Below, in pieces: positions 10,095-19,690 of a stretch of 64,000 bases of DNA. The position numbers were made by a program, and so were the translations under genes. Under the pieces are notes generated by a model. That model was given only the letters and a program-made list of their open reading frames with translations, searched no databases and had not been told where the DNA came from. This DNA comes from a virus (taxonomy: Duplodnaviria > Caudoviricetes). The first letter of the stretch is position 1; the number at the start of each line of letters is the position of its first letter. Location: the IMG/VR virus record IMGVR_UViG_2974702911_000001, positions 12,076 through 76,075 of that record. The stretch is one strand, 5' to 3'.

Positions 10095-11294
10095 ATGTCG
10101 TGGGATATAAGCCCACCTGATCGGACGCATAGCCCGGCGCGGGGTTGGTTTCCTCCGATTGACAGCACGCCTCCGACATATTCGGCGGGTTGGTGGGTGG
10201 TTCTCAACGTGGAGAACGCCTTATCGGTGCATTGCGTTACGGAGGCTGAGCTTGGCGCGCTGCTGAATCTGGACATGGTTGCGGCGGTTGAGGCTGACCG
10301 GGACGCGGCTCTGCGCCAGGTGTCCATGCTGGTTGCGGATAGCCCGATTGCGGTTGACCGTGTGCTCCACATAAGCGCGACGTTCCAGTTCGACGCTGAG
10401 TTGTCGGTGGCCGTGGAGAGGTCGCTTGGGTTTTCCCGGACTACCGGTCTGGACTTGGCGGCGCTGATTACGGCGAACCTGTCAGCCGGGCTTAGGTCAG
10501 TCGGCCCTCTTAGCACTCCGCTAAGCGTGTCGGCCAACCGGGCTGCGGCCTTCACGAAGGTTGCACCGCTGACCTTGGCGAGGTCGGTGTCGGTGGATCA
10601 GGCCGCAGAGCTTGCCATTCGGTCGAGCATTGACGCGGCTCAGACGATCACCGGCAACCGGGCGCTTGAGCTTGCGCGGGTCAATTCGATTAGCGCGGCT
10701 CAGACGGTTAACGCTGCCCGCTACGCGGAAATGGGTTTCCCTCCGTACACGGCAGCCGGGCAGACGTTTACGGCGGTGGGCGCTTACACGTACACGATTC
10801 CGCGTAGGTGCAACTTCATTGACGTGATTCTGCTCGGCGGCGGTGGTGGTGGTCGCGGGATGATCAACTTCGGTGCCTGGGGGCAGGGGGGGCGCGCGTC
10901 ATCGTGGGCCATCGTGACTCTTACGCGCGGTGTGCATATTCCGTGGGGCACGTTGACGATCACCGGCTCTGTTGGGGACGGCGGCGCTGGTAGCGCGGCG
11001 GGGTTCCTTCCCTCTGCGGGTTCCCCTGGCGGTAATACGACGGCGGCGGCTGCGGGCTGGGGCGGGCTTACGTCTACGGGCGGGGCTGGCGGCGGTAATG
11101 CTGTGGACCCCGGTGGACAGGGTGTGGACCCGCAGACTCAGACGCTTAACGGTCAGACCTATACGGGCGGCGGGCTAACCGCTGGCGGGGATGACGCTGG
11201 CGTTCCTGGTGGCGGTGGCCCTGCGGGAATCGTGACCTTTTCTGCGGGCAAAAAGGGTGGTCGCGGTCAGGCGTGGTTTTACGCATATCAATAA
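10095..11294 (+). CDS. Minor tail protein with glycine-rich C terminus
   Basis: GGGGGG...GGAGG...GQAWF pattern typical of actinophage tail proteins. Confidence 0.78.
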   Translation: MSWDISPPDRTHSPARGWFPPIDSTPPTYSAGWWVVLNVENALSVHCVTEAELGALLNLDMVAAVEADRDAALRQVSMLVADSPIAVDRVLHISATFQFDAELSVAVERSLGFSRTTGLDLAALITANLSAGLRSVGPLSTPLSVSANRAAAFTKVAPLTLARSVSVDQAAELAIRSSIDAAQTITGNRALELARVNSISAAQTVNAARYAEMGFPPYTAAGQTFTAVGAYTYTIPRRCNFIDVILLGGGGGGRGMINFGAWGQGGRASSWAIVTLTRGVHIPWGTLTITGSVGDGGAGSAAGFLPSAGSPGGNTTAAAAGWGGLTSTGGAGGGNAVDPGGQGVDPQTQTLNGQTYTGGGLTAGGDDAGVPGGGGPAGIVTFSAGKKGGRGQAWFYAYQ

Positions 11295-11321
11295 CTCAAT
11301 AACAACTTCATAGGGGGCTTT

Positions 11322-11705
11322 ATGGCGTACGGAATTTCAACGTACCTTGCTAACAAGCTGCTGGATCACGCGTTTAGGAATGTGGCTTATACGCCACCTA
11401 CCGCGATTTACGCGCGTCTGCACCTGGGCGATCCGGGCGCGGCGGGCACTTCTAACGGCTCGGCTCTGACCACGCGTATTGCAACGACGTTCTCTGCTGC
11501 GGCTTCCGGCGTTATCGCTATCTCCAATACTCCGGAGTTCACGCTTAACGCGACGGAAACCATTGTGGGTGTCTCGTTCTGGGACGCGTCTACTGGCGGC
11601 AACTTTCTGTACTCGGTGCAGGCGGCGGTATCTAAGGGTGGCGCTTCGGGCGACATTATCCGCCTGGCTACTAACACGTTCGGTTTGTCGCCGATTGCTG
11701 CTTAA
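11322..11705 (+). CDS. Minor tail protein
   Basis: LANKLLDH...LHLGDPG...WDASTGGNFL conserved phage tail family. Confidence 0.75.
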   Translation: MAYGISTYLANKLLDHAFRNVAYTPPTAIYARLHLGDPGAAGTSNGSALTTRIATTFSAAASGVIAISNTPEFTLNATETIVGVSFWDASTGGNFLYSVQAAVSKGGASGDIIRLATNTFGLSPIAA

Positions 11706-11716
11706 GGGGGTTAAGG

Positions 11717-12658
11717 ATGCTTAACCTCGCTCCGACGATGGAAACGCTCGCCTTGTCGGCGGGCAGCGCGTTTGAGATTCCGGGTTGGCGGCTTAAGGGC
11801 GCTTACCCGGCTGGCACCGTGGCGAAGATCGTTTTCACGGATGACGCGGGCGGTCTGCTGGGGGAGTTCTCCGGCTCGGTGACCGCTAAGGAAATTCACT
11901 ACATTCAGACTGCGGATGACGTTAAGGACATTCCGCACGGCGCTAACTTTCAGATGTTCGTTCAGTACCCGGCCATGCAGCCGATCTGTACGCATTACGG
12001 AACGGTGATTCGGCGCGAGCCGCGTTATCCGCTTAGCACGGTGGTTAGTCCTGAGGACTCGGCGGTGCAGTACACGGCGAACTTCATTGGCGAATATATC
12101 GGGCCGATGTGGAAGCCGATGGGTAACGGCTGGGGATCGCTTGGGATTCACACGCACGCACTGATCAGTCAGGACCCGTCAATGGGTCCGAACTACTCGC
12201 TGTTTAGCGAGGCGTGCGCGCGCTGGCTGTGGCCGCTGAATATGGACTCGGTAACGATCAACATTAAGGTCCTTAACGTCGGTGCCGGAAAGATGAATGT
12301 CATCGTCTGCGGCGATTACTCGCTTGAGTCGTACATGGGCATTCAGTTTGAAACCGGGGTCAGCAATAACCGGGTCCGGGCGATTACCGGCAATGGTCCT
12401 TTGGAATACGACTACCAGGGGAGCGCGGTCAATAACACGGTCGCTAATGGTGACGTTTATCAGGTCAAGTACAACTTCCTGTCTAACAAGCTGGCGCTCT
12501 ATAAGGGCACCAGCCTTACCCCGCTCTTGGAGTGGGAGGACGTAGACAACATCGTTCCGCACGGCGAGGGGTTCCGTTATACGGCTCTCGCTTGGCAAAC
12601 GTCGCTGTTTACGCCGGGCGTTGAGCCTACAGCTTGGGAAGCCAAGGACGGCGTTTAA
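11717..12658 (+). CDS. Minor tail protein
   Basis: Last gene of tail module, 313 aa, phage-like codon usage. Confidence 0.7.
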   Translation: MLNLAPTMETLALSAGSAFEIPGWRLKGAYPAGTVAKIVFTDDAGGLLGEFSGSVTAKEIHYIQTADDVKDIPHGANFQMFVQYPAMQPICTHYGTVIRREPRYPLSTVVSPEDSAVQYTANFIGEYIGPMWKPMGNGWGSLGIHTHALISQDPSMGPNYSLFSEACARWLWPLNMDSVTINIKVLNVGAGKMNVIVCGDYSLESYMGIQFETGVSNNRVRAITGNGPLEYDYQGSAVNNTVANGDVYQVKYNFLSNKLALYKGTSLTPLLEWEDVDNIVPHGEGFRYTALAWQTSLFTPGVEPTAWEAKDGV

Positions 12659-12683
12659 GCCGGTTAAGAGAAGAAAGGAACAG

Positions 12684-12791
12684 ATGAAGCTAAAGGCAAT
12701 TCTATTCGTGCTAGGTCTGGCCGTGAAGGTTATCCCCGGCAAGGTGGATGACGAGGCTTACGAGCTGATCAAGAAGCTGCTAGGTCAGTAA
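12684..12791 (+). CDS. Small 35-aa protein with hydrophobic N terminus (MKLKAILFVLGLAVKVIPGKVDDEAYELIKKLLGQ)
   Basis: Strong RBS aagaaaggaa; TAATG overlap with lysin A start. Confidence 0.7.
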   Translation: MKLKAILFVLGLAVKVIPGKVDDEAYELIKKLLGQ

Positions 12792-14263
12792 TGCCTAGAA
12801 CCGTTTACGGAAACGATTGGTCCGAAAACGGTTGGAGAATGATTTGGGACACGGAGTGCCAGTGGACGACAATCCCTGGCACTTCGGTTTCATTGCAGAT
12901 CGCTAAGGGGTGGCCGCTCGCTATCATGCGGGCGTTCGCCGCCGATTTCAACGCTTATGTCGAACCTCTGCGTGACCCGGACTCTGCGTGTTGGACGCTA
13001 ACCAACTCGGTTGGCACGTCTAACCACCTGTCGGGCACTGCGATGGACCTTAACTGGAATTCGCACCCGTTTAAGATCGCTAACGCGGGCTTTGACGCGG
13101 CGAAGATCGCTACTATCCGGGAGCTTTTGGCTTTCTACGAGAGCACGATTTTCTGGGGTAACGACTGGACTTCGCCTAAAGACGCGATGCATTTCCAGAT
13201 GGGTTACAACACGTACGGCCAGGCGCGTGTGGGCGACTTCATTGCGCGCAAGATCAGGGCTGACGGGTTCTCTACGTTCCGGCGCGGGAATGCGCCTCAG
13301 GCGTCCGATCCGGCGCTGATCCTGTCTCGGGCTACCGGCCTGACGATTAATCGCGCACAGGAGATTCTACCGGCTGTTGCGGCGGGTCTGAGGCAGTCGG
13401 ACTGCCTGACCCCGGCCCGTATCGCTATGTGGCTCGCTCAGTGCGGCCATGAGTCGGCGGGGTTCAACGCGACGGAGGAATACGAGAGCGGCGACGAGTC
13501 GCAGGAGCGTTGGAAGTACAAGGGTCGGACGTGGATTCAACTGACGTGGCTTAGCGCTTATCGCGGCTTCGGTCAGTGGTGCTACGCGCGCGGCCTGGTC
13601 AATGACCCGGAAGTGTTCGTTAAGAATCCGAAGTCCCTGGCCGATCTGCAATGGGCTGGCCTTGGCGCTGCCTACTACTGGACGACGACCGTCCGGAGTA
13701 CGCGCAAGTATCCGACGCTTAATGAGGCTTCGGACGCGCGCGACGTGTTGGTGGCAACTCAAATCATTAACGGTGGGACTAACGGCCTTAGCGACCGTCA
13801 GGACCGCTACAACCGTGCCGTCGCTGTTGGCGACGATCTAACGCTAATTGTCAATGAGGGGGATGATTTCTTGTCTGCACTAAGCGCTGATGAGCAGCGC
13901 GAAATGCTGGCGTACTTACGGTGGGCGTTTAAGCCTGTCACTGGCGAACTAACAAAGCAGTTCCCGCACCGTTCTATGTACGCGGGTAGTCCGGATACGG
14001 ACACCTTCGCCGGTCGGGCGATTAGCGCTCATGCCTTTGGCTGGGATTACCGCGTGGAGTATTCGGCGCGGCTCGGTGAGGAATGGGCTATCGACACTAT
14101 CGCTCAAGCAGCGGCGGGCACGCTGTGGGGCGTTAAGCGTGATGACGGGTCTGTTGACCAGTTCCGCGTTAACCACGCTAAGAGCGTTCTAGCCGATCTG
14201 GAAAAGAACCATCCGGATGTGCTTGAGGCGTATCTAGCTAAAAAGAGGGGAGGGGCTGCCTAA
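12791..14263 (+). CDS. lysA: Lysin A (M15-like peptidase + GH19 + C-terminal domain)
   Basis: SNHLSGTAMD...DAMHFQ peptidase motifs; AQCGHES...YKGRTWIQLTW...NGGTNGL GH19 motifs. Confidence 0.93.
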   Translation: MPRTVYGNDWSENGWRMIWDTECQWTTIPGTSVSLQIAKGWPLAIMRAFAADFNAYVEPLRDPDSACWTLTNSVGTSNHLSGTAMDLNWNSHPFKIANAGFDAAKIATIRELLAFYESTIFWGNDWTSPKDAMHFQMGYNTYGQARVGDFIARKIRADGFSTFRRGNAPQASDPALILSRATGLTINRAQEILPAVAAGLRQSDCLTPARIAMWLAQCGHESAGFNATEEYESGDESQERWKYKGRTWIQLTWLSAYRGFGQWCYARGLVNDPEVFVKNPKSLADLQWAGLGAAYYWTTTVRSTRKYPTLNEASDARDVLVATQIINGGTNGLSDRQDRYNRAVAVGDDLTLIVNEGDDFLSALSADEQREMLAYLRWAFKPVTGELTKQFPHRSMYAGSPDTDTFAGRAISAHAFGWDYRVEYSARLGEEWAIDTIAQAAAGTLWGVKRDDGSVDQFRVNHAKSVLADLEKNHPDVLEAYLAKKRGGAA

Positions 14264-14676
14264 TGGGTCCTAAAATTCGTCAGTCCATTTATTATCTCGG
14301 CGCAATTGTGCCGGGGCTTATGGGTCTGTTCATGCTCTGGGGCGGTCTGACCCAAGACGACGCTAACAGCATTGAGAGCATCGTCAGCGGTGTCGTTGCG
14401 ATTCTCGGGTCTGCGGCTCCGGCCACGGCTGCGGTCAAGGTTCAGCAGCAGCGTAAGGATGGGACGTTCAATTCCGTTAGCCCGGCTGAGGCCGTCGTTA
14501 ACGGTGTCCAGGCGGTGCTTGAGGCGCAGGCTACGGCGGCGGCTGAGGTTGACAAGGTTAAGACCGCCATTACCGGCGCGGTTAACCAGATTCCGGGCTT
14601 CGGTCCGCTGGCCGCTCAGGTAATCCAAGCGTCGGGTTTTGACACTCTTCCGGATATCTGGAAGCCACAGGGCTAA
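14263..14676 (+). CDS. Holin
   Basis: Two N-terminal hydrophobic helices; lies between lysin A and lysin B. Confidence 0.8.
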   Translation: MGPKIRQSIYYLGAIVPGLMGLFMLWGGLTQDDANSIESIVSGVVAILGSAAPATAAVKVQQQRKDGTFNSVSPAEAVVNGVQAVLEAQATAAAEVDKVKTAITGAVNQIPGFGPLAAQVIQASGFDTLPDIWKPQG

Positions 14677-15720
14677 ATGCCTTTGAAGTTGGGCGACCGT
14701 AACGAATCGGTGCGCCAGTGGCGGGTAAAGATGAATGCGTGGTTTGGCGGGCTTTATACCCGCCTCCACGGCCCGCTGCCTATGGATACAGACGAGTTCG
14801 GCCCTCGCGCCGTGCTCTGGCAGAAAGAGTATGAGTTCCGGACCGGGCAGGTTCAGGATGGCGTGGTTAGCGATAACGACCTTAACGCGCTTAAGGTGCC
14901 GCTGCCTGTGGTCGTCGGTCCGTCGATTATCCACTTCTCAATCAACGGTGCCGGTTCTACGTGGGACATGGGTTACCCGTATGACATTGGCGAGCTTCTA
15001 GATAAGCGGAAGTGTTATCACCAGCCGGTCGGCTATGACACTTCGCCGGTGCCTATGAGTCGTGGCGTTAAGACGGGCGTTGAAGAGTTCATTCGGCTTT
15101 TGCGTCTGCACAACTGTCAGGTTGTTCCGTGGTGCTTCACCGCGTACAGCATGGGTGCCATCGTCGCTATGACGGTGCTTATGCGGGTCCTGTACGGCGA
15201 TCTGCAAGAGTTTAAGGCCACCTACAAGGGCAGTAATGCGTTCGGCAATCCGATGCGTCAGAACGGGCATACGTTCCCCGGCTGCGCGTACTCGGACGGT
15301 GAGGGAATCGTGCTGCCTAACGCGCATGACACTCCGGCTGAGCACTGGGACTTCACGTCGGATAAGCGGATGGTTGGCGCTAAGGGGGATGACCTCTACT
15401 CGTCGTTCGCTAAGCCGGGTACCTCGGCTGATCAGAACGAGAACATGCGCGCTGTCTGGGACATTGTGAATACCGGTAACCCGCTTAACTTGGGTAAGCA
15501 GGTATTGGAGTTGGTTCTGTCTCCGACGTGGCACGAAGCGCAGGGCGCTTTCACTGCTGCGTGGGACGCGATTGTGTTCTTTATCGCTAAGGGCACTAGC
15601 CCGCATACGACGTACCAGTTCATCAAGCCGATTCCCGGCGATCCGCGCGACTGTTGGCAGATCGCGCTTAATCACATGCAAGACATTGTTGCCAGCGTGC
15701 CTATGCGCGCGGCGGCTTAG
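14677..15720 (+). CDS. lysB: Lysin B (PG-binding domain + cutinase-like esterase)
   Basis: LKLGD...WQKEY N terminus; AYSMG nucleophile elbow; FGNPMR motif. Confidence 0.9.
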   Translation: MPLKLGDRNESVRQWRVKMNAWFGGLYTRLHGPLPMDTDEFGPRAVLWQKEYEFRTGQVQDGVVSDNDLNALKVPLPVVVGPSIIHFSINGAGSTWDMGYPYDIGELLDKRKCYHQPVGYDTSPVPMSRGVKTGVEEFIRLLRLHNCQVVPWCFTAYSMGAIVAMTVLMRVLYGDLQEFKATYKGSNAFGNPMRQNGHTFPGCAYSDGEGIVLPNAHDTPAEHWDFTSDKRMVGAKGDDLYSSFAKPGTSADQNENMRAVWDIVNTGNPLNLGKQVLELVLSPTWHEAQGAFTAAWDAIVFFIAKGTSPHTTYQFIKPIPGDPRDCWQIALNHMQDIVASVPMRAAA

Positions 15721-15732
15721 GAGGAATGAGAA

Positions 15733-16194
15733 TTGTTGGTATATGACGAGCAGTTGCCGGTGCTGGACGACAGCTTTGAGGGCAACGAGGTAAATCTGCT
15801 GGCGGTCCGTGGCCGCAAGGTTGACCCGCACTTTCGCCGGAACTACGCATGGGCTAAGCACGCGATTGATCGCGGCGCGCTCCGCAAGGTGGTTGTGATC
15901 GTGGCGCTTGGCTCGGACTCTTGGGTCCATACGGTCGGCGCGGTCACGTCGGCGCTCTCGGGCGGCAAGCTGCACCAGGGCGCGCGGTTCAAGGTGGACG
16001 CTGAGGTTAGCGACATTGGCACCGACAAGGTGACGCAGGTGCTCGCGGCGCTCAAAGAGCTAGAGGGTCCTAAGGACGTGTACGTTCTGGACAATCCGAG
16101 GGCGCTTGCCACTAAGCAGCCTAAGCCGAAGCCAGCGCCGAAGCCGGAGCCTGAACAGCCGGTGGAGGATACCCCGCCAGTTAGCGAAAGCTAA
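15733..16194 (+). CDS. Hypothetical protein
   Basis: ORF with RBS gaggaa, in line with lysis operon. Confidence 0.65.
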   Translation: MLVYDEQLPVLDDSFEGNEVNLLAVRGRKVDPHFRRNYAWAKHAIDRGALRKVVVIVALGSDSWVHTVGAVTSALSGGKLHQGARFKVDAEVSDIGTDKVTQVLAALKELEGPKDVYVLDNPRALATKQPKPKPAPKPEPEQPVEDTPPVSES

Positions 16195-16196
16195 GC

Positions 16197-16616
16197 ATGG
16201 AGACGGGCGACTGGACTGTAATGCTGACGACGAACTGGCCGACGATTGCGCTTGTCGCGTCGTTGGCGTTCGGCATCTTTGTCATCGTCCGTTTCCTGGC
16301 TGGGACTTTTGAGGCGTTTGGTGATGCGCTCGGGCCGGTAGGGAAGTGGTTCCAGGCTCGGCGCGCTATCTCTCAGGCTGAATCAGATGATATGCGGCGT
16401 CAGATCGTGGCCCTAGATAAGCGGGTCCGGGCGCTGCTGTATCGGGACGAATGTTACTTCGCGTACATGATGACGGATGCGGAGTGGCACCGTAGGGCAG
16501 AGCTAAGGGCAATCGCTATGGGCTGGGACCTTGAGCCACATACCCCGTTCCTCCGTTTCCGCGACTCATGGATGCGCGAACGAGGTATTGGAGAGGAACT
16601 AGATATATGGACGTAA
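16197..16616 (+). CDS. Membrane protein (lysis-cassette associated)
   Basis: N-terminal TM helix followed by a coiled region. Confidence 0.7.
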   Translation: METGDWTVMLTTNWPTIALVASLAFGIFVIVRFLAGTFEAFGDALGPVGKWFQARRAISQAESDDMRRQIVALDKRVRALLYRDECYFAYMMTDAEWHRRAELRAIAMGWDLEPHTPFLRFRDSWMRERGIGEELDIWT

Positions 16617-16873
16617 CGGTGTACTCGCCGTCTACCCCTTGCACCGGTTGCATGGCTACGAAGCTCGCGCTTAAGAAGAACGGAATCCCGTTTGCTGCGG
16701 TGATCGCGTCTGATGAGCAGATTGAGGCGTTCAAGGCTGATGGGCACGCTGCGTTCCCGGTTGTTGTCGTTGATTGCGGCGACGGCGCTACGTGGACGTG
16801 GAGTGGTTATCGCCATGACGACATTAAGCGACTGAAAGAACTAAGTGAGGAAACGAAGCCGTTAGCGGCTTAA
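16607..16873 (+). CDS. nrdH: NrdH-like glutaredoxin
   Basis: VTVYS...CTGC..TK..L CxxC motif and WSGYR; start moved to the ATG after RBS gagagga. Confidence 0.85.
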   Translation: MDVTVYSPSTPCTGCMATKLALKKNGIPFAAVIASDEQIEAFKADGHAAFPVVVVDCGDGATWTWSGYRHDDIKRLKELSEETKPLAA

Positions 16874-16880
16874 CAAACTC

Positions 16881-16937
16881 GGGCACTCGCGCTCCCTCTA
16901 TTTCCCCGGAGGTTGAGCGCGGGTGCCCGCTTTTTTT
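16881..16937 (+). terminator. Intrinsic terminator ending the late operon
   Basis: gggcactcgcgctc/gagcgcgggtgccc stem followed by T7. Confidence 0.88.
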
Positions 16938-17138
16938 GTGTCCAAAAGAGGACCGACCCGACAACAGTGCAACAGCCGATTACCCTTTACGTGCGGGCCG
17001 GTCCCCTCGCCTTTGGATGGGGAGGCCAGGGCTAGATTGTCGGCCAGTCCTAGCCTCCCCTAAACGGCTGCCGGAGGTTAACAATGGACCGGGGGGAGGG
17101 GGTGTCCATCGCCGTCGTCCGACAGCCGTCGAAAACCC

Positions 17139-17166
17139 ACGGTACGGCCCTTTTGCCACCTGTCAA
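17139..17166 (-). promoter_or_regulatory. Leftward SigA-like promoter
   Basis: TTGACA-16 nt-TACCGT on the minus strand. Confidence 0.5.
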
Positions 17167-17192
17167 GTTCGGGAATTAGATTCGTTTTTTAG

Positions 17193-17468
17193 CTAATTTT
17201 CGGGCCAGGTTACCGGTGGGTATTCCCCGTAGTAACCGCGCAGTTCGTCGCCCCGCAGCAAAGCTGAGTCCTGCTCGTACGCCCTGTGAACCAAGTCACG
17301 TTGGAGTTTCCTGTGAGCGTCTACCCGTCGCAGCACGTACGCAACTGACCGCTTAGTAAGTTTGAACGTCAAGTACAGCGCCAGACCGAGAAGGACCCAC
17401 TTCCAGATCGCAGAGACAACCGCGAACAGGACCGCTCCGACTACCAGCCAGACAATGAGTTCTCCCAT
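17193..17468 (-). CDS. Small membrane protein
   Basis: Hydrophobic N-terminal half. Confidence 0.7.
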   Translation of the reverse strand: MGELIVWLVVGAVLFAVVSAIWKWVLLGLALYLTFKLTKRSVAYVLRRVDAHRKLQRDLVHRAYEQDSALLRGDELRGYYGEYPPVTWPEN

Positions 17469-17477
17469 ACGGAGAGC

Positions 17478-18218
17478 TTAGACTTGCGCGCCTTGGAAAT
17501 ACCAGACCCGGCGATGCACATTAACGAGCCAATCGTTAACAACGTCCATGTCCGGGCGCAGCGGCAGCTTAGAGGTTTGCCCCGCCTCTTCGATCCGCTC
17601 CCGCCAATAGACGATTTCCTCAAGCGCCCTAGCCTCGCTTAGCTCGCCATTGCGGACGCTAAGCAGAAAATCGCGCGCGAGGTCATGCATGGGCATGGTC
17701 ATCGTTTGGTGCGTCAGCATTTCGTGACCCTGAATCAGTAGCCGGATCGCGTGGAACGCGGCCTTGGTGTCGTAACCGTGCTTAGCGATTAGTTCGGGCC
17801 GGTTGGTCCTGGGCGCGCGCACGCCGGTCAGCCGGTCGTACATTCCGTTGGCGTACCCGACGTGGGTTACCGCGATCTGCCGGGACAGGAGGTTAGGCGC
17901 GAATGCCTGCAAGCCGATTGTGTCGGGCCATGCCAGGTTCGGCGTGAATAGCAGCGTGTGCAGCGTCGGGTTACCCTTGACGATTTCGCTGACGAACTTC
18001 CGGAGGCCGTAGTAGACAATCTCCGTGTCTCCCGGCTCGCTCTTAACCCCTTCGGCCCGGTCCCTCACTTTGAACGCTCCACGGAGCGCTGAGAGGCCAA
18101 TAAGCCCCTCTGGCGGGTCGGCGTAGACCGCGATGTAGTCGTGATCGCTCTCCGGCACGCCCAGGCCGTGTGCGATTGATCCGATTTCCCCCATGATGAG
18201 CGGCTGTACGTCAGCCAT
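17478..18218 (-). CDS. Nucleotidyltransferase (Pol-beta superfamily, RlaP/PF10127-like)
   Basis: GSIAHGL...SDHDY motif, KGNP, YDTKAAFHAIRLL. Confidence 0.85.
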   Translation of the reverse strand: MADVQPLIMGEIGSIAHGLGVPESDHDYIAVYADPPEGLIGLSALRGAFKVRDRAEGVKSEPGDTEIVYYGLRKFVSEIVKGNPTLHTLLFTPNLAWPDTIGLQAFAPNLLSRQIAVTHVGYANGMYDRLTGVRAPRTNRPELIAKHGYDTKAAFHAIRLLIQGHEMLTHQTMTMPMHDLARDFLLSVRNGELSEARALEEIVYWRERIEEAGQTSKLPLRPDMDVVNDWLVNVHRRVWYFQGAQV

Positions 18219-18313
18219 GTTTCTCCCCTAAAACGGAGCTAGCCCCGATGCGATCCCCCTCCCAGAGGCGCACCAGGGCTAGCGGTCCGTGTACGTCCGT
18301 GACGTACCCCCGT

Positions 18314-18754
18314 TTACGTTCCCGAAAACGCGGGTTCGTCCTTTTTGGCGGTCGGCGCTTTTTTGGCCGGTGCGGCTTTCTTAGCCGGTTCCGGCTTGTC
18401 CTCGGACGTTGCGGCTTTCCATGCTCGCACGACCTCGGCGCTGACGCGACCCTTCTCCGCTACGTCCATGCCGTTTGCCTGTGCCCAGGCACGGATTTCC
18501 GCGAGCGGCAGACCCGGCTCTCCCCCGGAATGCGTGATCCGCGTACCGCTGCGCTTACGCGCCCGGCCTGTGCCGGTGCCGGTACGGGACGCAACTTCGG
18601 TCCACTTCGCCATGTCCGCGTCGAACAGCTTCGCGTTCTTTTCGGACAGGTCCAGGTGGTACCCGACGTTGCCAACCGAGAACTCGCGCTCGGTCTCCGC
18701 GTCCAGGGTGTCGTCCAGGTCATCGAACAGTGTGACCGTTACGCGCTTACCCAT
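18314..18754 (-). CDS. lsr2: Lsr2-like DNA-bridging protein
   Basis: MGKRVTVTLFDDLD...YHLDLS dimerisation domain; IRAWAQANG...KGRV DNA-binding domain; RBS aaaggga. Confidence 0.9.
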   Translation of the reverse strand: MGKRVTVTLFDDLDDTLDAETEREFSVGNVGYHLDLSEKNAKLFDADMAKWTEVASRTGTGTGRARKRSGTRITHSGGEPGLPLAEIRAWAQANGMDVAEKGRVSAEVVRAWKAATSEDKPEPAKKAAPAKKAPTAKKDEPAFSGT

Positions 18755-18838
18755 CTTTATCCCTTTCTCGGTTTCGTATCCCATCTTAGGTTGGGTACGT
18801 GGTGTGACCACTAAAGCACCCGGTTGCTAATCCGTCAA

Positions 18839-19222
18839 CTAGTGAAGTGGATTAGTTAGCGTTTGAGCGATGTAGAGCACCAGTAGCGTAAGGGCCACGA
18901 AGGCGACTGTACCCCCGATTAGCAGGGCGATCCTGTTAGGACGCTTACGGCGCGCGGGCGGCTTAAGACGAGGGCCGCGTTCCTCTAGCACTGGCGGGCG
19001 CGGGCGAGGCCGGGGCGCTGATAGCTGGCGCTCACGTTCAAGCAGGTAAGAGGGTGGAATGCCCATAACAGCTTTGCGGAACTCTTCGCGGTTCTTTGCG
19101 TAGCTCTGCACCATGCGTTCGTACTCGCGGCGCTGGCTCTGTGCGGCATTGATCATGGCTTGGCGCTCGCGCGTGATCTGCGCGTCAAGCTCCCGGAGGA
19201 AGTCGTCGGTGAACCTCGTCAT
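18839..19222 (-). CDS. Membrane protein (C-terminal TM helix)
   Basis: Coiled N terminus, hydrophobic C terminus, RBS ggaagga. Confidence 0.65.
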   Translation of the reverse strand: MTRFTDDFLRELDAQITRERQAMINAAQSQRREYERMVQSYAKNREEFRKAVMGIPPSYLLERERQLSAPRPRPRPPVLEERGPRLKPPARRKRPNRIALLIGGTVAFVALTLLVLYIAQTLTNPLH

Positions 19223-19449
19223 CGCGCGCGCGTGTCTCCTTCCGCACTTAACAGAGCGTGTGTTTTTATCTTGCTTGTTTAACTACTCAAGGTGACGTTC
19301 CGTAGGTGGTTATCTCTTGTCGTTGCGAGAGTGGGGAACGGCACTAGCAGAGGGTCTTTTAAGAGCATCCTCGTTTTTTTGACTTTCTGAAATATTAGAA
19401 AACCCTAAGGGCCGGTTTGCGGTGCGTCGGCGCGTCCGCAGGTCCCGGA

Positions 19450-19690
19450 GCTATACCTATCCCTAGCTGCGGCGATGCCCCAGGCGGGGGTCCGTAAGTG
19501 ATAGTTTTAGGTATAGCGACCGCGAAAAACGCTCTGACCTGCATGTTCTTAGGGTCACCAGAGGCTTAAAAGTCCCCACATAGGACCCCGCATAACCTGC
19601 TAGAATCTGTCAAATGCCCAGCTAAGCGCCTTAGCGTGCGCCTATGCGTGCCTATGCAGGCACACGCTAAGGTATAGCGCTCAGGTATAG
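19450..19690. promoter_or_regulatory. Putative attP with integrase arm-type sites
   Basis: AGGTATAG(C) at 19509, 19670, 19683 and inverted at 19450, in non-coding DNA just upstream of int. Confidence 0.6.

Noticed and set aside
509-16112. Long minus-strand ORFs over the tail and lysis genes
   Set aside because: Shadow frames of GC-rich coding DNA, fully antisense to well-supported genes
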